Positions 16,988 through 26,962 of a stretch of 64,000 nt of DNA are shown here, one piece after another. The notes beneath the pieces are model-generated. The model was not told the DNA's origin. It did no database searches and was given only the letters and a program-made list of their open reading frames with translations. The DNA is from Armatimonadota bacterium (GTDB lineage: Bacteria; Armatimonadota; SYMT01): the NCBI GenBank assembly GCA_046292385.1, contig JBKBRF010000003.1, forward strand, positions 32,001 through 96,000. The letters run 5' to 3'. Positions within the stretch are counted from its first letter, which is position 1. The number at the start of each line of letters is the position of its first letter. Position numbers and translations under genes: made by a program.

Positions 16988-18589
16988 CTAGCGCGCGTCG
17001 GCGACGTTGATGACGGCGCTGACCGGAGTGGGGAGGTTGATCTTGGAGCGCTTGCGAGCGTCGTCCAGCCAGCGACTGACGCGGTAGCGGGTCACGATCT
17101 GCTCCAGCTTCTCCCGCTCTTCCTTGGTAGCTTTGGAGACCGGCAGCAGCGCTTCCATCTTGATGATGACGTTGGAGTTGTCCGCCAGCAGCACCGGCGA
17201 CCTGGTGATCTCGCCGGGCTTTAGCTTCTGCTCCTGGATGCCGCGGTAGACGTCGAGCATCTCCACGCGGATGAACGGCGTCATGCGTCCGCCCGAGGCC
17301 CGGCCCTGCGGATCGAGCGAGCGCTCCGTCGCCATCTTCTCGAAGTCGGCGCCTTTCTCCAGCTCCTGGATCCACTCCTGGGCCACGGTATGGTTCGGGC
17401 AGAGGATCATGCGGATGTCGTAGCGCTGCAGGTCGTCGTCGGTGATCGGCTGCTCCGCAATGGCGACCCGCTCCAGGAGCTCGCTGAAGCCGAGCTGCTC
17501 CTGAAGCTGCCGCTCCGTCAGGTTGCCGCGGGTCAGGAACGCCTGGAACGCCTCCGGGTTCTTGAAGCGGGCCTTCAGCTCCTTGAGCTTCTCCGCCGAC
17601 TCTGCGTCGGTGACGGCGGCTTTCACCTTCTTCGCCGCCTGCAGCAGGATGGCGCGGTTGACCATCTGCTCCAGCGTCTCCTCCCCGTGCGACGCCAGGA
17701 GCCGGGAGACCAGGAGGGTGCGGGGCACCTGCTTGCCGTTCACGATCGCGACGACCGGCGCGCTCAGCGGCTTCTTCTGGACCTCCGCCTTCTCCCGCGC
17801 GGCGGCGATCCAGCGGTCGATCCGGTAGGCGGTCATCGCCGCGCGCATCCGCTCCTGCTCCAGGGCCGACGCGGAGGTGATCGGCAGCAGCTCCTCCAGC
17901 TTGACGATCGCCCAGCGGTTCTCGCCCAGGTTGACCGGCTTCTTGGTGAACTGGCCCGGCTTGAGCTGCTGCTCCTTGATCGCCGCGGAGATGTCGAGCA
18001 TCTCGATCGCCAGGAACGCCCGCATGCGGCCGCCGGCGGCGCGCAGCGACTTCTCCTCGGAGCGCTCGCTGGCGATCTTGATGAAGTTGCCGCCGTCTTG
18101 CAGCTCCTTGATCCACTTCTCCGCAGTGGGCTGATCGTTCGCCACGATGACGCGGACGTCATAGCGGATCAGCTCGTCCGGAAGGATCGGCTGCTCCGCA
18201 AGCGCCACTTCCTGCAGCAGCACGGTGCTCTCGATCTCGCTGCGAAGCTGGTCTTCGGTGAGCCGGCTCCGGGTGAGGAACGCCTTGTAGTTCTCCTCGG
18301 TCTGGAACCGCTCCCGGACCTCGGAGAGCTTCCCCTCGATCTCGTCCGGCGTGACGGTGATCTTGCGCCGCTCGGCGGCCTGGACTACCAGCTCGCGGTT
18401 GATCAGCTTGTCGAGGGCCTCGTCGCCCCGCTGGTCCAGGAGCCGCTCCACCAGGCGGGCGCGGGTGATCTCCTCGCCGTTGACGACGGCGAGCACCAGC
18501 TTGTCGACCGCCGAGGCTTGCTGCGCGAAGGCAGCCGCGCCGAGCGAAGCGGCGAAGGTGAAGCTGAGGAATAGATGACGTACGCGCAT
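16988..18589 (-). CDS. PrsA/SurA-like foldase, internally duplicated (2x SurA_N + parvulin)
   Basis: Two repeats of AxVNG..I...LEQMVNRAILLQAA...GADFEKMATERSLD; signal peptide. Confidence 0.85.
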   Translation of the reverse strand: MRVRHLFLSFTFAASLGAAAFAQQASAVDKLVLAVVNGEEITRARLVERLLDQRGDEALDKLINRELVVQAAERRKITVTPDEIEGKLSEVRERFQTEENYKAFLTRSRLTEDQLRSEIESTVLLQEVALAEQPILPDELIRYDVRVIVANDQPTAEKWIKELQDGGNFIKIASERSEEKSLRAAGGRMRAFLAIEMLDISAAIKEQQLKPGQFTKKPVNLGENRWAIVKLEELLPITSASALEQERMRAAMTAYRIDRWIAAAREKAEVQKKPLSAPVVAIVNGKQVPRTLLVSRLLASHGEETLEQMVNRAILLQAAKKVKAAVTDAESAEKLKELKARFKNPEAFQAFLTRGNLTERQLQEQLGFSELLERVAIAEQPITDDDLQRYDIRMILCPNHTVAQEWIQELEKGADFEKMATERSLDPQGRASGGRMTPFIRVEMLDVYRGIQEQKLKPGEITRSPVLLADNSNVIIKMEALLPVSKATKEEREKLEQIVTRYRVSRWLDDARKRSKINLPTPVSAVINVADAR

Positions 18590-18775
18590 AACGAGTCCCA
18601 GTATACCGTTCCGGAGCGGGGGCTTGAAAAGGGTGCTAACGGTTGTTTCGTTGAGGTTTGTCGCGGCCTCTCGCCGATCCGGTGGGGCGAGACGCAAAGC
18701 GAGAGAGCCGCGGGGCCCGGCTCTCTCGCTTCTGCGATGGAAGAACGCTGGTGGAGCGGCGTCGGGGAAGCAGGC

Positions 18776-20401
18776 TTACCCGGCGGCTTCGGAGATCAGC
18801 GTTTTCAGCGGTACCGCTTGCTCAACGGAATAGTCGGCACGCAGCGCCTCCAACAGCTTCCCGATCCGGGGTGCGTAGATCCGGCGCAGCGCGTTCTCCC
18901 GTTCCCGGCCGGTCAGGGTGGGGGCGGGATGGCGCTTCTCCAGCCGCAGCACATACCAGAACCCTTCCACCTGCAGCGGTTCCGGGAGAATGGCTCCTTC
19001 CGGCGTGTCGCCAACCGCCTTGAAGACCGTCGGGTTGTCGATGCTCAGGAAGGCGCGCGGCTGGAGCAGCCCGTCGCCGCCCCGGTCGAGCGAGACGAGC
19101 CGGACTGCATCCTCGAAGCGGGCGCCCATGCCGAGCCGCTGCAGGAGCTGCTCCGCCTCCGCGCGCGTCTTCACTCGCACGGCGCGGACCGTCAGCCGCT
19201 CCAGCTCTTCCGGCGCCAACGGCTCGCGCGCGGCGAGGACCCGCTCCGCCAGGTAAAGGTAGCGGAGGCGCTCCTTGAACGCTTCCTCGGTGATCCCCTC
19301 GCCCTTCAGCGCCTCGTCGAAGAGGATGCGGCTGGCGCCTTTCGCTTCCCCGACCCGGGCATTCAGCTCGGCTTCACTCACGCCGACCCGCAGACGCTGG
19401 GCTTCTTGCTCCACCAGGCTGCGCTCGGCCAGCCGGTCGAGCGACCGGGCACCGTAGTGAGTCAGCAGGTACGACAGGAGCTGGCCCCGGGAGAAGGTGC
19501 GCGCCTCTCCGCCCGTCTTGGCGGTGGGGGTGACCACCGCCACCGGCGTGCTGTTCGGCAAGCGGGGATCGCTCACCAGGCTGGCGACGACGGTGGGGTA
19601 CTCGATCTTGAAGCGGCGCCGGGTGCTGGGCAGCAGCGCCGCGGTGCGGAACGCCTTGACCTTGCGCTGCGCCAGCTCCCGCTCCTTGGTGGAGAGCGTA
19701 TTCGGGGCGAGCTGCTTTTCCAGCTTCACCACCAGCCAGAACTCGCCGGACTGGATCGGCTGCGGGGTCACCTGCCCCACTCGCAGCTTCTCCGCCATCT
19801 TGAAGAAGGCGGGGTTCTCCACGCGGAGGAACGGGTCCGGCTGGACCATGCCGGCGCGCTCCTTGTCTTCGGACCACTGCAGCACCAGCGTCTGGAAGTT
19901 GGCGCCGTTCCGCGCCTGCTTGATGACGTTGCGCGCTACGTTCTCGTTCTGCAGCCGCGCGTAGCGGACCGAAAGCCGGACGAGGTCCTGCTCTTTGACC
20001 GGCCACTTGGCGTCGAGCACCTTCTCCGCCAGCAGGTAGAAGCGGGCGCGCTCCTTCCAGGTCTCCTCCGTGATCCCCTCCGCCTTCAGGGCGGCCTGGA
20101 ACTGGACGTTCGCCTGGGTGCGCGCGGCGGTCAGCGCCTCGTCCGCTTCCTCCGGGCTCACCTCCACCTTCAGCCGCTCCGCCTCCGATTCGATGACGGC
20201 GTGGTCGATCAACTGCTCCACTCCCGGCTTCCCGAAGTACTGGAGCAGGTAGCGGTCCAGATCGGCGCGGGTGACCTTCCTCTCTCCCACGCGCAGCACC
20301 GCGCTGTCCGGCGACTGTGCCCAGCCCCCGGCACCGGCCGCGGCGGTCAGCGCCAGCGCCAGTCCCCAAACCGCCGACCGCGCCCGGATCTGCATGCTCA
20401 T
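18776..20401 (-). CDS. second PrsA/SurA-like foldase, internally duplicated
   Basis: VEQLIDHAVIESEAERLKV / LDRLAERSLVEQEAQRLRV repeats; GANFQTLVLQWSED. Confidence 0.82.
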   Translation of the reverse strand: MSMQIRARSAVWGLALALTAAAGAGGWAQSPDSAVLRVGERKVTRADLDRYLLQYFGKPGVEQLIDHAVIESEAERLKVEVSPEEADEALTAARTQANVQFQAALKAEGITEETWKERARFYLLAEKVLDAKWPVKEQDLVRLSVRYARLQNENVARNVIKQARNGANFQTLVLQWSEDKERAGMVQPDPFLRVENPAFFKMAEKLRVGQVTPQPIQSGEFWLVVKLEKQLAPNTLSTKERELAQRKVKAFRTAALLPSTRRRFKIEYPTVVASLVSDPRLPNSTPVAVVTPTAKTGGEARTFSRGQLLSYLLTHYGARSLDRLAERSLVEQEAQRLRVGVSEAELNARVGEAKGASRILFDEALKGEGITEEAFKERLRYLYLAERVLAAREPLAPEELERLTVRAVRVKTRAEAEQLLQRLGMGARFEDAVRLVSLDRGGDGLLQPRAFLSIDNPTVFKAVGDTPEGAILPEPLQVEGFWYVLRLEKRHPAPTLTGRERENALRRIYAPRIGKLLEALRADYSVEQAVPLKTLISEAAG

Positions 20402-20490
20402 CTCGCTCTCCCCTCGATAACGGCCTCCCTCGACAGCCGGAGCGGAGCAGGGCTCACGGAGCTGCGGAGAACGGCTCTACATTATGACGT

Positions 20491-21411
20491 TCAAGAAGAG
20501 AGGAGCGCCTCCAGCTCTGCGCGGGTTGGCAGGGAGTCCTGGGCGCCCAGGCGGGTGACGGAAAGCGCGGAGGCCGCTACGGCACGGCGGACCGCCTCCC
20601 GGAACTCGAGCCCCTCCGAGACGCCGACCGCCAGCGCGCCGGAGAACGCGTCGCCCGCGGCGGTGGTGTCGACCGCCTCCACGCGCCGTCCCGGCACGTG
20701 ATACTGCCCGTCCGGCGTCACCACGAAGACCCCTTCTTTGCCCAGGGTCACGATGACGCAGCCGACGCCGCGCCGCAGCAGCTCTTCCGCGGTGACGGCG
20801 ATCCCGCCTAGCCCCGCCTCTCCGCCGCCGAGCAGCATCTCCGCTTCGGTCTCGTTCGGAGTGAGGAGGTCGACGCCCGCCAGCAGCGAGTCCGGCACCT
20901 GGCAGTAGGGCGCGGGGTTCAGCAGCACCCGCTTTCCGTGCTTCTTCGCCAGCTCGACCGCGCGGGAGACCGCCTCCAACGGCACTTCGAGCTGCAGGAG
21001 CAGCGTGTCGCAGGCGGCGATCGCCGCCTCCGCCCGCTCCACGTCGGCGGCGGAGAGCCGCTCGTTCGCCCCCGGCGCGACGGCGATCGCGTTCTCGCCG
21101 TTCTGATCGACCAGGATCAGCGCGACCCCGTGCTCCGCGTCCGGATCGCGGACGATGTGCTCCGTCCGGATCCCTTCCGCCCGGAAACGCTCCACCGCCT
21201 GGTCGCCGAAGGGTCCCGCGCCCGCCCGGGCGATAAAGGTGACCTCCGCCCCCAGCCGCGCCGCGGCGACCGCCTGGTTGGCGCCCTTACCGCCGGAGAT
21301 CATGGCGAACTTTCCGCCGAGCACCGTCTCTCCCGGACGGGGGATCCGCGGCGCCTTTACCACCATGTCGAGGTTCGTCGAGCCGACGACGACGATCTTT
21401 GCTCCGGCCAT
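20491..21411 (-). CDS. rbsK: ribokinase
   Basis: VVGSTNLD, GGKGANQAVAAARLG, PNETE, DTTAAGDAF PfkB motifs. Confidence 0.93.
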   Translation of the reverse strand: MAGAKIVVVGSTNLDMVVKAPRIPRPGETVLGGKFAMISGGKGANQAVAAARLGAEVTFIARAGAGPFGDQAVERFRAEGIRTEHIVRDPDAEHGVALILVDQNGENAIAVAPGANERLSAADVERAEAAIAACDTLLLQLEVPLEAVSRAVELAKKHGKRVLLNPAPYCQVPDSLLAGVDLLTPNETEAEMLLGGGEAGLGGIAVTAEELLRRGVGCVIVTLGKEGVFVVTPDGQYHVPGRRVEAVDTTAAGDAFSGALAVGVSEGLEFREAVRRAVAASALSVTRLGAQDSLPTRAELEALLSS

Positions 21412-21420
21412 GGAATAGCG

Positions 21421-21630
21421 ACTCCTGCTTGCTCTGAGAATAGCCGTCAAGATGTAGCCGGCGGGTAAGCACTCCAGCGCGGCCTAACCCCCCGGCCTAA
21501 CCCCCCGGCCCTCCCCCGTTCGGGGGACAAGCCTTCGCTGCGAGGGAAGGGGAGTAGCAGCTCACACCCATAGCTTCCCTCTCCTCTCAGGAGAGGGACC
21601 GAGGGTGAGGCCCCGTGAGAAGGAGCCGCC
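21421..21630 (+). repeat. family C repeat core (about 200 bp)
   Basis: Aligns with the reverse complement of about 7250-7440 and, with internal deletion, with 45313-45418. Confidence 0.75.
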
Positions 21631-21797
21631 GACACACTTTTCCTGGCCGCGGATGACCTGAATGGTCATCGACAACTCTTACTCCTGCTCGCCGGCGCCC
21701 CTTCGGGGCAGAAGAGCCGCGGACCCGTCCGACGGCGACCCGTCATCGCCGACCAGAACCAGCTCTCTCCGTCCCTCGGACTCTCCGTCGCTCTGAC

Positions 21798-22523
21798 TCA
21801 AGAGGTGCGGGTTGGGAGCAGCTCTACGCGCCACTCGCCGGCTTCGCGGCGCATCGGGATCTCCAGGTAACCGATCAGGTCTTTCGACCGCTTCTTCGGG
21901 TCCTTGATCCCGTAGTTGAACGGAATGCGGCGCGGGATGACGTACAGCTTCAGCGTATCCCCTTCGATCTGCCCGCGCGGACGGATCTGCAAATCTTTGA
22001 CGAAGAGGATGCGCTCGAACTGCGCTTTCCCCGCGGCGGGGTTGAGCCACCGCCGCTCCAGGAGCGCCTGCCGCGCCGAGTCCGGAACCTGGCTGGAGAG
22101 CAGTGAGACGGCCCGCTCGCGCCGGTCGAGCTGCAGGGCGTTGATGAAGCGCGCTAGCTTGATCTCCGCCTCCCGGTACTCCGGCACGGGGGAGGTGGTG
22201 GTGATGACCGGCGCCGTGAGCTCCGCCGGCTTCTTCACCGGCGCGGCGCTGGTCTTCGAGCTGTCCGGCTTCGCCGGCCCGGCCTCGGCCGCGGCGCTCT
22301 TCAGCGTAGCGTCTCCGCTTGCCTCCGCCGCGGTGTCGCCCTTCTCCGGCGCGTTCGTGCCGCCCGGAGCGGTCCCGGAGGGCGTGGTCTCGGCCGTCCG
22401 CACGGGCGGGACGACCGAAGGCGGGCCGGTGGGACCCGGTGAAGACGAGCGATAGTAGAACGCGGCGCCGGCGCCGAGGGTGAGGACCAGCGCGAGAACC
22501 GTGAAGCCTGCCGAGCGATTCAT
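21798..22523 (-). CDS. membrane-anchored hypothetical protein with Pro/Ala/Thr linker
   Basis: MNRSAGFTVLALVLTLGAGAAF anchor; low-complexity linker; globular C-domain. Confidence 0.7.
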   Translation of the reverse strand: MNRSAGFTVLALVLTLGAGAAFYYRSSSPGPTGPPSVVPPVRTAETTPSGTAPGGTNAPEKGDTAAEASGDATLKSAAAEAGPAKPDSSKTSAAPVKKPAELTAPVITTTSPVPEYREAEIKLARFINALQLDRRERAVSLLSSQVPDSARQALLERRWLNPAAGKAQFERILFVKDLQIRPRGQIEGDTLKLYVIPRRIPFNYGIKDPKKRSKDLIGYLEIPMRREAGEWRVELLPTRTS

Positions 22524-22701
22524 AAGCACCTCGCCTAAATCTTCGGCGACTCGGGGGGAGCCGCCTCCTGTCGCGCCACGTATCTCCTGCTGAGGCGGGG
22601 CCGAACCCTTCTTGCGAAGATTCATCGAACTCCTGCCAGCGGTAGGGCACTTAACAACCGGGTGCCCGCGATGGACCCTGCGGAGGTGTGGTAGAGAGAC
22701 G

Positions 22702-23241
22702 ATGGAAGACGCCCGCCTGGTAGCCCGCTTTCAGCGGGGCGATGAAGACGCGTTCGACGAGCTGGTCGAACGGCACCGACGCCGGGTCTACAGCCTGGTG
22801 TGCCGGCTGGCGCGTCCGGCCGACGCGGACGACCTGGCCCAGGAAGTCTTCATCGCCGCCTACAAGGCGCTGCCGAGCTTCCGGGGCGACTCGGCCTTCA
22901 GCACCTGGATCTACCGGATCGCGGTGCACGTCTGCTCCCATTACGTCCGCAAGCGCCGGCTCGACACGACCGACCTGGACGAGCAGCACGCGGACCAGGA
23001 GCGGGGCCACGATCCGGAGCGCTCGGCGATGTCGACCGAGCTGCAAGAGCGGGTACGGGACGCGATCGAGCGGCTCCCCTACAAGCTGCGGCTCGTGGTG
23101 GTGCTGCGAGACCTGCACGGTCTCAGCTACGACGAGATCGCCCAGGTAGTGGGCTGTCCCATCGGCACGGTGCGGAGCCGGCTGCATTACGCCTCGCAGC
23201 GGCTGGCGGAGACGCTCCGTCCGTACGTGGAAGTGTCCTGA
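22702..23241 (+). CDS. ECF RNA polymerase sigma factor
   Basis: DADDLAQEVFI, FSTWIYRIA (region 2), LSYDEIAQVVGCPIGTVRSRL (region 4). Confidence 0.95.
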   Translation: MEDARLVARFQRGDEDAFDELVERHRRRVYSLVCRLARPADADDLAQEVFIAAYKALPSFRGDSAFSTWIYRIAVHVCSHYVRKRRLDTTDLDEQHADQERGHDPERSAMSTELQERVRDAIERLPYKLRLVVVLRDLHGLSYDEIAQVVGCPIGTVRSRLHYASQRLAETLRPYVEVS

Positions 23242-23263
23242 AAGGGCGATCGGAACTACTGCT

Positions 23264-25021
23264 ATGACTCGATGCACTTACGTGGAGCCGCGGCTCCGGG
23301 CGCTGGCGGACGGCGAGCTGGCCGTAGAAGAGCAGCGAAAGGTGGTCTCCCACCTGCACCGCTGCGACTCCTGCCGGCAGGACTACGCCCGCATCCAGGC
23401 GGTCTCTGCCCTGCTGCAGGAGCAGCCGGTGGAGGAGACGCCGGCGCACTTCACCGCGGATCTGCAGGTGCGCCTGGCGCGGCACCGCCGCGAGCGGGTC
23501 GAGGCGGGGCTGCGGCGCCCGCGGCTCCGGGTTCCGGAAGAGTGGCTGCCCTGGAACTGGGCGCCGCGCTGGCGGACCGCCTCCGTGGCGATGACCGCCA
23601 CCGTTACCGCGGCGCTCTGCGTCTTTGCGTGGACCGGCAGCATCCGGGCGGAAGAGGTGGCGCGGCGCGCGCAGCAGTCGTGGACGCAGATCCACAACTA
23701 CGGCTGCGTCTTCGTGAGCCGCGGCGTCTACCGGGGTCAGGAGCGGGTCTTCGAGCAGCGGCAGTTCTACCGCAAGCCGGGCGAGTTCCGGCTGGAGACG
23801 GACCAGGACTATCCGCTCACCACCTTCGTGCGGCGGGGCGAGATGATCCACTACCTCCCCGGCGGCCGCTGGGAAGGGAAAGGCCCGCTGGTGATCGTGC
23901 GGCCGCTCGAGTCGCCGGAGCAGGGGCTGCCGTTCCCGTTCGGCGTCACCTGGCACAACGGCGGCAACGTGAGCCTGGACCAATTGATCCGGCAGCTCGG
24001 CGCGAACGACGACGTGGAGCTCCGCGGTACGGAGCAGGTCGGCGGCTTCCCCTGCTACCGGCTGCAGTTCCACGCGGTGCCCGCTGGCGGGGTGGAGGCG
24101 GACCGATACGACCTCTGGATCGACCAGGAAACGTTCCTGCCGCGGCGGGTCGACTGGTACCGAGACGAGCAGAACCACATCTCCACCGAAGCGCGCGACC
24201 TGCAGGTGAACTACGAGGTGCTGCCGACCGAGACGTTCGACTTCCGCATTCCGGAAGGCGCTTGCGTGGTGCGCGGCGACGTCGATCCCCACGTGCTGGC
24301 GCTGCCGCTGCGCCGGAGCGCCCCCGCCTCGCTGGGTAACGACCCGCTGGCGGTGGCGGAGTACGAAGGCTGGGCCCGCGCCCGGAACGTCCAGTTCCCG
24401 GTCGCTGCGCCGACCTGGCTGCCGGACGGCTTCCGGATGGTCCGCACCCGCGCCAAGCGCGGCGGGTGGGTCGACATGCACTGGCTCCGCCCGGGTAAAG
24501 ACGGCGCCATGGAAGCGGTGAAGCTGGTGCAGCAGGACGGCGAGACGCCCGCCATCGACACGGTGCGGGACGGTGCGCGGGTGGAGCTCGGCGACGCGGA
24601 GCGGCCGGTCATCGGCGCCATGACGCACCGGACGAAGCCGTACCGGCACACCTATCTCTCCTGGCGGCAGGGCGGCACCCGGTTCACGCTCTTCGCGGCG
24701 GAGCTGGAGACGCCGGAGGTGCTGCGGATCGCCCGCTCCCTGCGGCCGGCGCAGCCGCCGGTGCCGACCGTCACGATCGTGCGCGGCAATCCGGACGAGC
24801 TCCTGGAACGCGGCGAGCCAAGTGTCCTGCCCTCCGGCATGGAGACGGAGCTGGCCCCCTCCGTGGAGGCGGCGCTCCCGGGCGAGCCCCAGCTCGACGT
24901 AAACGCGCTGCAGCAGCCGCCGATGATGCCGGAGATCCCGGTGGACGACGGCGTCGCCTTCGCTCCGGCTCCACCGGCTGAGGCAAATCGCAAGCCGACC
25001 CCCGAGCCGGCGGCGCGCTAG
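23264..25021 (+). CDS. anti-sigma factor: zf-HC2 + TM + LolA/RseB-like extracytoplasmic domains
   Basis: HLHRCDSC (HxxxCxxC), TM helix, LWIDQETFLPRR / FDFRIPEGA LolA-fold motifs, PTWLPDGF. Confidence 0.85.
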   Translation: MTRCTYVEPRLRALADGELAVEEQRKVVSHLHRCDSCRQDYARIQAVSALLQEQPVEETPAHFTADLQVRLARHRRERVEAGLRRPRLRVPEEWLPWNWAPRWRTASVAMTATVTAALCVFAWTGSIRAEEVARRAQQSWTQIHNYGCVFVSRGVYRGQERVFEQRQFYRKPGEFRLETDQDYPLTTFVRRGEMIHYLPGGRWEGKGPLVIVRPLESPEQGLPFPFGVTWHNGGNVSLDQLIRQLGANDDVELRGTEQVGGFPCYRLQFHAVPAGGVEADRYDLWIDQETFLPRRVDWYRDEQNHISTEARDLQVNYEVLPTETFDFRIPEGACVVRGDVDPHVLALPLRRSAPASLGNDPLAVAEYEGWARARNVQFPVAAPTWLPDGFRMVRTRAKRGGWVDMHWLRPGKDGAMEAVKLVQQDGETPAIDTVRDGARVELGDAERPVIGAMTHRTKPYRHTYLSWRQGGTRFTLFAAELETPEVLRIARSLRPAQPPVPTVTIVRGNPDELLERGEPSVLPSGMETELAPSVEAALPGEPQLDVNALQQPPMMPEIPVDDGVAFAPAPPAEANRKPTPEPAAR

Positions 25022-25040
25022 CCTGCCAGACCTGCTGGGG

Positions 25041-25089
25041 ATAGGGCCTCGCGTGGGAACACCGTTCCCGTGCGAGGCCCTATTTGTTT
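25041..25089 (+). terminator. intrinsic terminator
   Basis: ATAGGGCCTCGC..GGGAAC ACC GTTCCC..GCGAGGCCCTAT followed by a T-rich tail. Confidence 0.8.
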
Positions 25090-25301
25090 CGGTTGGCAAC
25101 CGGAATCACCAGCTTGAGTCCGGAGAGCCCGCCGTACCGGGTGGTGGTCCAGCGGCCGGACCAGTTGGCGTCGAAGAACGTCGCCGGGATGTTGTGGCGG
25201 AACCAGGCGTAGTCGGCCAGGCCCGCCGCCGCCCAGAGCAGCAGCCCGGTCGGGAAGAGCCACAGGAGCCGGGGAGCCCACCCACGCAGCCGTCGGAGCA
25301 T
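25080..25301 (-). CDS. short membrane/secreted hypothetical protein, possibly 3'-truncated
   Basis: Strong GGAGGT RBS; N-terminal hydrophobic helix; stop lies inside the convergent terminator. Confidence 0.5.
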   Translation of the reverse strand: MLRRLRGWAPRLLWLFPTGLLLWAAAGLADYAWFRHNIPATFFDANWSGRWTTTRYGGLSGLKLVIPVANRNK

Positions 25302-25622
25302 CGGACCACCTCCCCCCGCCGCGGCGGCGGAGCCTTTCTCCCAGGAATGCGCCGGAGATGGGACCGGGTGGAAGGGAGAGGAAACCCATTGGCCTCACTT
25401 GGGGTTGTGTTGGGGGAGGACCCCTGTGTGGGAAAAGGAACCTGGGAGGATTGGGCGCTCCCGATCCGCCCGGCAAGCGATAAAAATTGCGGCGCCCGCT
25501 CCGGACGACGAGAGGCAGTCTTGCCGGATCAGCCCAGGTAGGATCTCGCGCCGAGCGCGCTCTTAAATCGAGCGGAAACGAGCGCGCTCGTTTCGTAATC
25601 GAGCGCGCTCGATTACGTCGAA

Positions 25623-26633
25623 TCACTCTCCGGATTTCGGGAGGAACTCCGTGGTGAAGGCGCTGGCGGGGGTGACCTGGCCGGCTTTGAGCTGGCCGAT
25701 CTCCTGGAGCTGCTGCGCGAGGGTCTCCCACCGCTCGCGCGACATGTGGCCGATCCCCTCCTGCTTCGCGGTCTCGTCGCGGACGAGCGGCTCCATGTCG
25801 CGGGCGCCGAGCTCCAGCAGGTCGAGCTCCATCTCCGGGTTCAGCTCGTGGATGCGGCGGTTCGTCTCCTCGGGGGCTTCCAGGTACTTCTCCCAGCCGC
25901 GGACGGAGGCCTCGACCATCTTCCGCACCGTCTCCGGATCGCTCTGGATCCGCTCCTCGTGGGTCACCAGGAGGCTGGTGTACGGGTTGAAGCCGACCTC
26001 CGCCACGCTGAGCGGGTAGGGGTCGCCGCCCTTCTTCCGCGCCACGTGCGGCTCGCTGAAGATGTAGCCCTGCTGGGCGTAGTCCGGATCGACCAGGAAC
26101 TGCGCCACGTTCCCCGTGTAGGGGACGATTTGCACCCCCTCGAACGGGTAGCGCTTCCGGAGATACTGGGCGAAGGCGCCGGTGTCGGACATCGCCAGCT
26201 TCACGTTCTTGAGCTGCTCGAAGCTGCGGATGCCCGACTTCTCGTGCACCATAATGATCCGCGGGCTCACCTGCAGCGCCGCCATCACCGCCACCACCGG
26301 CGCGTCCTCCGCGCGGCCGAAGAGGACGTTGTCCGCGTTCGCCACGCAGAAGTCGACCCGCCTGGCCGCCGTCTGCTGGATCATCGGTACGTTCGGCCCG
26401 CCGGGGCGGATCTCCACGTCCAGGCCCGCCTCCCGGTAGAACCCGTGCACCAGCGCGGCGAAGAAGCCGCCGTGCTCCGCCTCCGGGAACCAGTTGAGGA
26501 GCAGGCTGACCTTCTTCAGGCCGTCCCCGCCGCCTTCACCTGGGCTGGAGCTGCCGGTGCAGCCGGCCAGGCCGGCGAGGGGCGCGAGCGCGAGGGCGAG
26601 GCCGGTGTGGAGGAGCGAGCGGCGGGATGCCAT
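25623..26633 (-). CDS. NMT1/THI5-SsuA family ABC substrate-binding lipoprotein (Tat)
   Basis: SRRSLL...LAGC lipobox; LNWFPEAEHGGFFAA..GFYREAGLDVEIRPGGP. Confidence 0.9.
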   Translation of the reverse strand: MASRRSLLHTGLALALAPLAGLAGCTGSSSPGEGGGDGLKKVSLLLNWFPEAEHGGFFAALVHGFYREAGLDVEIRPGGPNVPMIQQTAARRVDFCVANADNVLFGRAEDAPVVAVMAALQVSPRIIMVHEKSGIRSFEQLKNVKLAMSDTGAFAQYLRKRYPFEGVQIVPYTGNVAQFLVDPDYAQQGYIFSEPHVARKKGGDPYPLSVAEVGFNPYTSLLVTHEERIQSDPETVRKMVEASVRGWEKYLEAPEETNRRIHELNPEMELDLLELGARDMEPLVRDETAKQEGIGHMSRERWETLAQQLQEIGQLKAGQVTPASAFTTEFLPKSGE

Positions 26634-26761
26634 GACAGGTCCTTCGGGGGAGCGGAGGTCGAGGGCCGGAGCGACGTTCGCCCCAACCGAGCAGGCTCCC
26701 TCACGATAGGCTATCGCACCGGGACTTTCACCCGGTCACCCCGAACCCGGCTCCCCGCCGG

Positions 26762-26962
26762 CTAGCGGACCGCCATGAGCGAGTAGTCGTGCTCGGACTT
26801 CTCCAGGTACTCTAGGATCTGGCCCAGCTCGGCCGGGTCGTCGAGCTGGTGGGCCCAGCTCGGCACGCGGGTCCACTTCAGCTCGCCGTTCTCGTCTTTG
26901 CCCTGGTAGAACTCGCCGCTATCCAGCTTGATGACGTACCGGTCGTTATTGTCAGCGCTCAT
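26762..26962 (-). CDS. small hypothetical protein
   Basis: 66 aa, GGAG RBS, coding-like codon bias. Confidence 0.65.
   Translation of the reverse strand: MSADNNDRYVIKLDSGEFYQGKDENGELKWTRVPSWAHQLDDPAELGQILEYLEKSEHDYSLMAVR

Noticed and set aside
26634..26760. GGGTGAAAGTCCC on the minus strand upstream of the NMT1/THI5-like gene, suggesting an FMN or TPP riboswitch
   Set aside because: The remaining FMN elements (ACCGGCGGT, second T-loop, AGTCCGGATG) and TPP elements (CTGAGA, ACCTGAT) are absent
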